Of a stretch of DNA of 64,000 nt, positions 61,936 to 64,000 are shown piece after piece. The DNA is from Octopus vulgaris (taxonomy: Eukaryota), in NCBI GenBank assembly GCA_951406725.2, contig OX597825.1, positions 11,160,001 to 11,224,000 of the forward strand. Reading direction: 5' to 3'. The position numbers and the translations under genes were made by a program. The notes below the pieces were generated by a model. That model saw nothing but the letters and a program-made list of their open reading frames with translations, made no database searches and was not told where the DNA came from. The stretch's first letter is position 1. Each line of letters opens with the position of its first letter.

Positions 61936-62047
61936 GTGGCTATCATCAGATGAGGTTCCAGATTCTCACTCCAGTCCTACAGTTTCCCAAGGTGTTAGTC
62001 CTGCCCGAAAGAAAGTGATGAAACTGACCAAACTGATCCTTAAATGA
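61936..62047 (+). CDS. p53: candidate terminal exon of the short p53-like isoform (Q-WLSSDEVPDSHSSPTVSQGVSPARKKVMKLTKLILK*)
   Basis: Long pyrimidine tract at 61845-61900 and ttgcag acceptor; phase 2 matches the previous exon; open for 36 codons ending in a Lys-rich tail; followed by repeat-poor AU-rich 3'UTR-like sequence. Confidence 0.7.
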
Positions 62048-63600
62048 ACACTTGGAACTTAAAACCAAGCTCTACTATATGTATAATAATTTAACATAAA
62101 ACAATTCAGTTATGTGTAGGCCTGACAATATCAAATTTCACACAGAGACCAATGCTTATATTTAATTATTGAAGGTCCTCAATTTAGGTTGCGTTGATAT
62201 TGCAACAGCACCTGTGAATACATGCCAGGAAATATGTCGATAATGAAGGAAATGCATTTTTTAATGATGATCTACACCCAAACACAAAGCATTGCTGCTA
62301 TTTTCTCATCGTGGACTCCATTCTTGTTGCCATAAATAATTTACATATAATGTTATTTACATAACATCTTTTTACAAATTCATATGTATTCATTTTTTTT
62401 TACTTTTATATATCATTTATAGTCTTATATTTTTAGAGAATCATTGAAAATCAAAAACCATTTGCATTTAAAAAGGTTTTTTTTTTAAACATTTTTAAAA
62501 TATTTTTTTCATTTATTTTTTATGTAACTTATATAATTAGTTTTGTTAATTTATTCTGCTAACATTTGTTCAGTATATTGTTTTAACAAAGAAATGTTTC
62601 TAATTATTAAAATAATATCTAATATAATAAAAGCACAAACCTTATTAGGCAACAGAATACATTACAATTACTTATTTACAAATTAATATTTGAATTCAGT
62701 TAAGACTTTTGAATCTGAAATAACTGATTTCAGATATTTTCTTATTATTTGTAATGCTGAGAAATGAGCAGTACTACTCATTACACGAAGGGCTAGCACC
62801 AATGTTTTGGTTTTCAAATTAAGCTATTTCACTTCACTAACCTTGTGATAGATGTGAAAGTTACAACCTTTCCCTCCTTCTCCAACATTCTTTGGCTGAA
62901 GAATGCAATAGGGATAAAAACCAGTGTATTTTCCTCAGTACATTGGCAGACATAACAGGCTACATACTGAAGTATGTAGTTCTTTTTAGCACATGAACCT
63001 TATATTTAACTTGGCTTTTCCTTTACAAGTTTCTTGTCAGCTCTGTATGGGGACAGTGTTCTTTCTATAGACAAAAAAAGTTATAAAGCGAGTTATGAAA
63101 TAAGAAAATTATAGCCTCTTGGTGCTTTTCTAATTAAACATAAAACATATTATTAAGATTATTAAGATATATTTGTCTGCGATTATATTATTTAGTTATG
63201 AATTAATTAATGAATGTTGTGTTAATTTATACAGTGCAGAATAGTATTCTATAACCGATGTGTAAATCATTTTCTTAAATCTAACAATGAATTTGGGTAA
63301 ATCCATTTAGCTTCATATTTTTCTGACCCTGGCCAACATTAGTATGCCTTAAAAACATATTATCTTAGGAAGTAGGTATTCACTTGAAGAATGAACCAAA
63401 AAAGATCTCAAATTATTAAGTCAAATACTGTTCTTTGTGTCTGCTTCACCCTGCTGGCATGTGTTGGCTGAGCCTTTTTGAAGCAGTGTTTTCTGGTTGG
63501 GTACTCATTTTGACACAAACCCTTATAAGTTGTTTCTTGTAACAGACAAGTGTATGATGTACCTATTGTAAAAACTGAAACACAGTAGATTAATCTAAGC

Positions 63601-63849
63601 TAGTGGGTCTCAACTAGGGTCCATATGACCCATAGGGATCCTCATAAGATATTGTTGCTAAAATCTATGTGCTGTAAACTTCTATAATACCCAAAATGTT
63701 TTAACAATTTGTTTTAATACAATTCCTAGTTGTGTTTAATTATAAAAATATTATAGGATTTTTTAAACATCGAATGGCTATGAAGGTCCAACCAAGCAAA
63801 ATAGGAATCAAAAGGGGTCCATAGGTAAAAAATGGTTGAAAACTGCTTA
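63601..63849. mobile_element. hAT-like MITE
   Basis: Similar to 16074-16413 (gggtccatatg...gggtcc(a/c)tag..aaaaatg(g/a)ttga); atctaa flanks. Confidence 0.6.
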
Positions 63850-64000
63850 TCTAAACTCTAGTTTGACTAAAGTAAATTAAACGGTATACAGTAGCATTTT
63901 GAGAAATTTTCTACCAGCCTACAAATTTTCAATTAACTGAGCTATCTAAAAGGTTAATCCTTTTTATATGAGACAACTGTTTCTAGGGTCATTCTTTAAA

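Larger units (their letters stand above)
14621..62047 (+). other. p53: p53/p63/p73-family gene, spliced model of the TA, SAM-less isoform (12 coding exons, 1302 nt, 433 aa)
   Basis: Exons 14621-14706, 15016-15157, 37754-37846, 39140-39204, 48901-48979, 52233-52419, 52930-53040, 53356-53461, 53928-54046, 54522-54616, 55428-55534 and 61936-62047 all have AG/GT boundaries and matching phases, and join into one stop-free frame with the hallmark motifs [19 protein letters not shown] and [12 protein letters not shown]. Confidence 0.95.

Noticed and set aside
62048-64000. SAM-domain / p63-like C-terminal exons
   Set aside because: No matching spliceable frame was found; the region looks like 3'UTR or intron, plus a MITE.

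Overview
AT-rich, repeat-dense eukaryotic genomic DNA. The protein sequence and repeat landscape point to a coleoid cephalopod, most likely Octopus (inference). The window holds almost all of a + strand, multi-exon p53/p63/p73-family gene, which the ORF track mostly misses. I assembled 12 phase-compatible GT-AG coding exons from 14621 to 62047. They encode a ~433-aa protein with an FxxxWxxL transactivation motif, a Zn-binding DNA-binding domain, an NLS, a tetramerisation domain and a short basic tail. The locus looks like a full isoform system: an internal deltaN first exon (MIKVERRGFTTYP, 32747-32785) with p53-element-like decamers upstream, an in-frame 33-nt cassette micro-exon, two candidate 5' promoters and alternative 3' ends. 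No SAM-domain exons were found in the window. The introns carry tRNA-derived SINEs, RTE and CR1 LINE ends, a piggyBac remnant with its MITE family, hAT MITEs, a mariner remnant, long fold-back elements, and several Penelope-type hammerhead ribozyme motifs, including a tRNA-headed, hammerhead-tailed element. Comparisons to other species are from memory and need BLAST confirmation. Repeat boundaries are approximate unless TIRs or TSDs are quoted.
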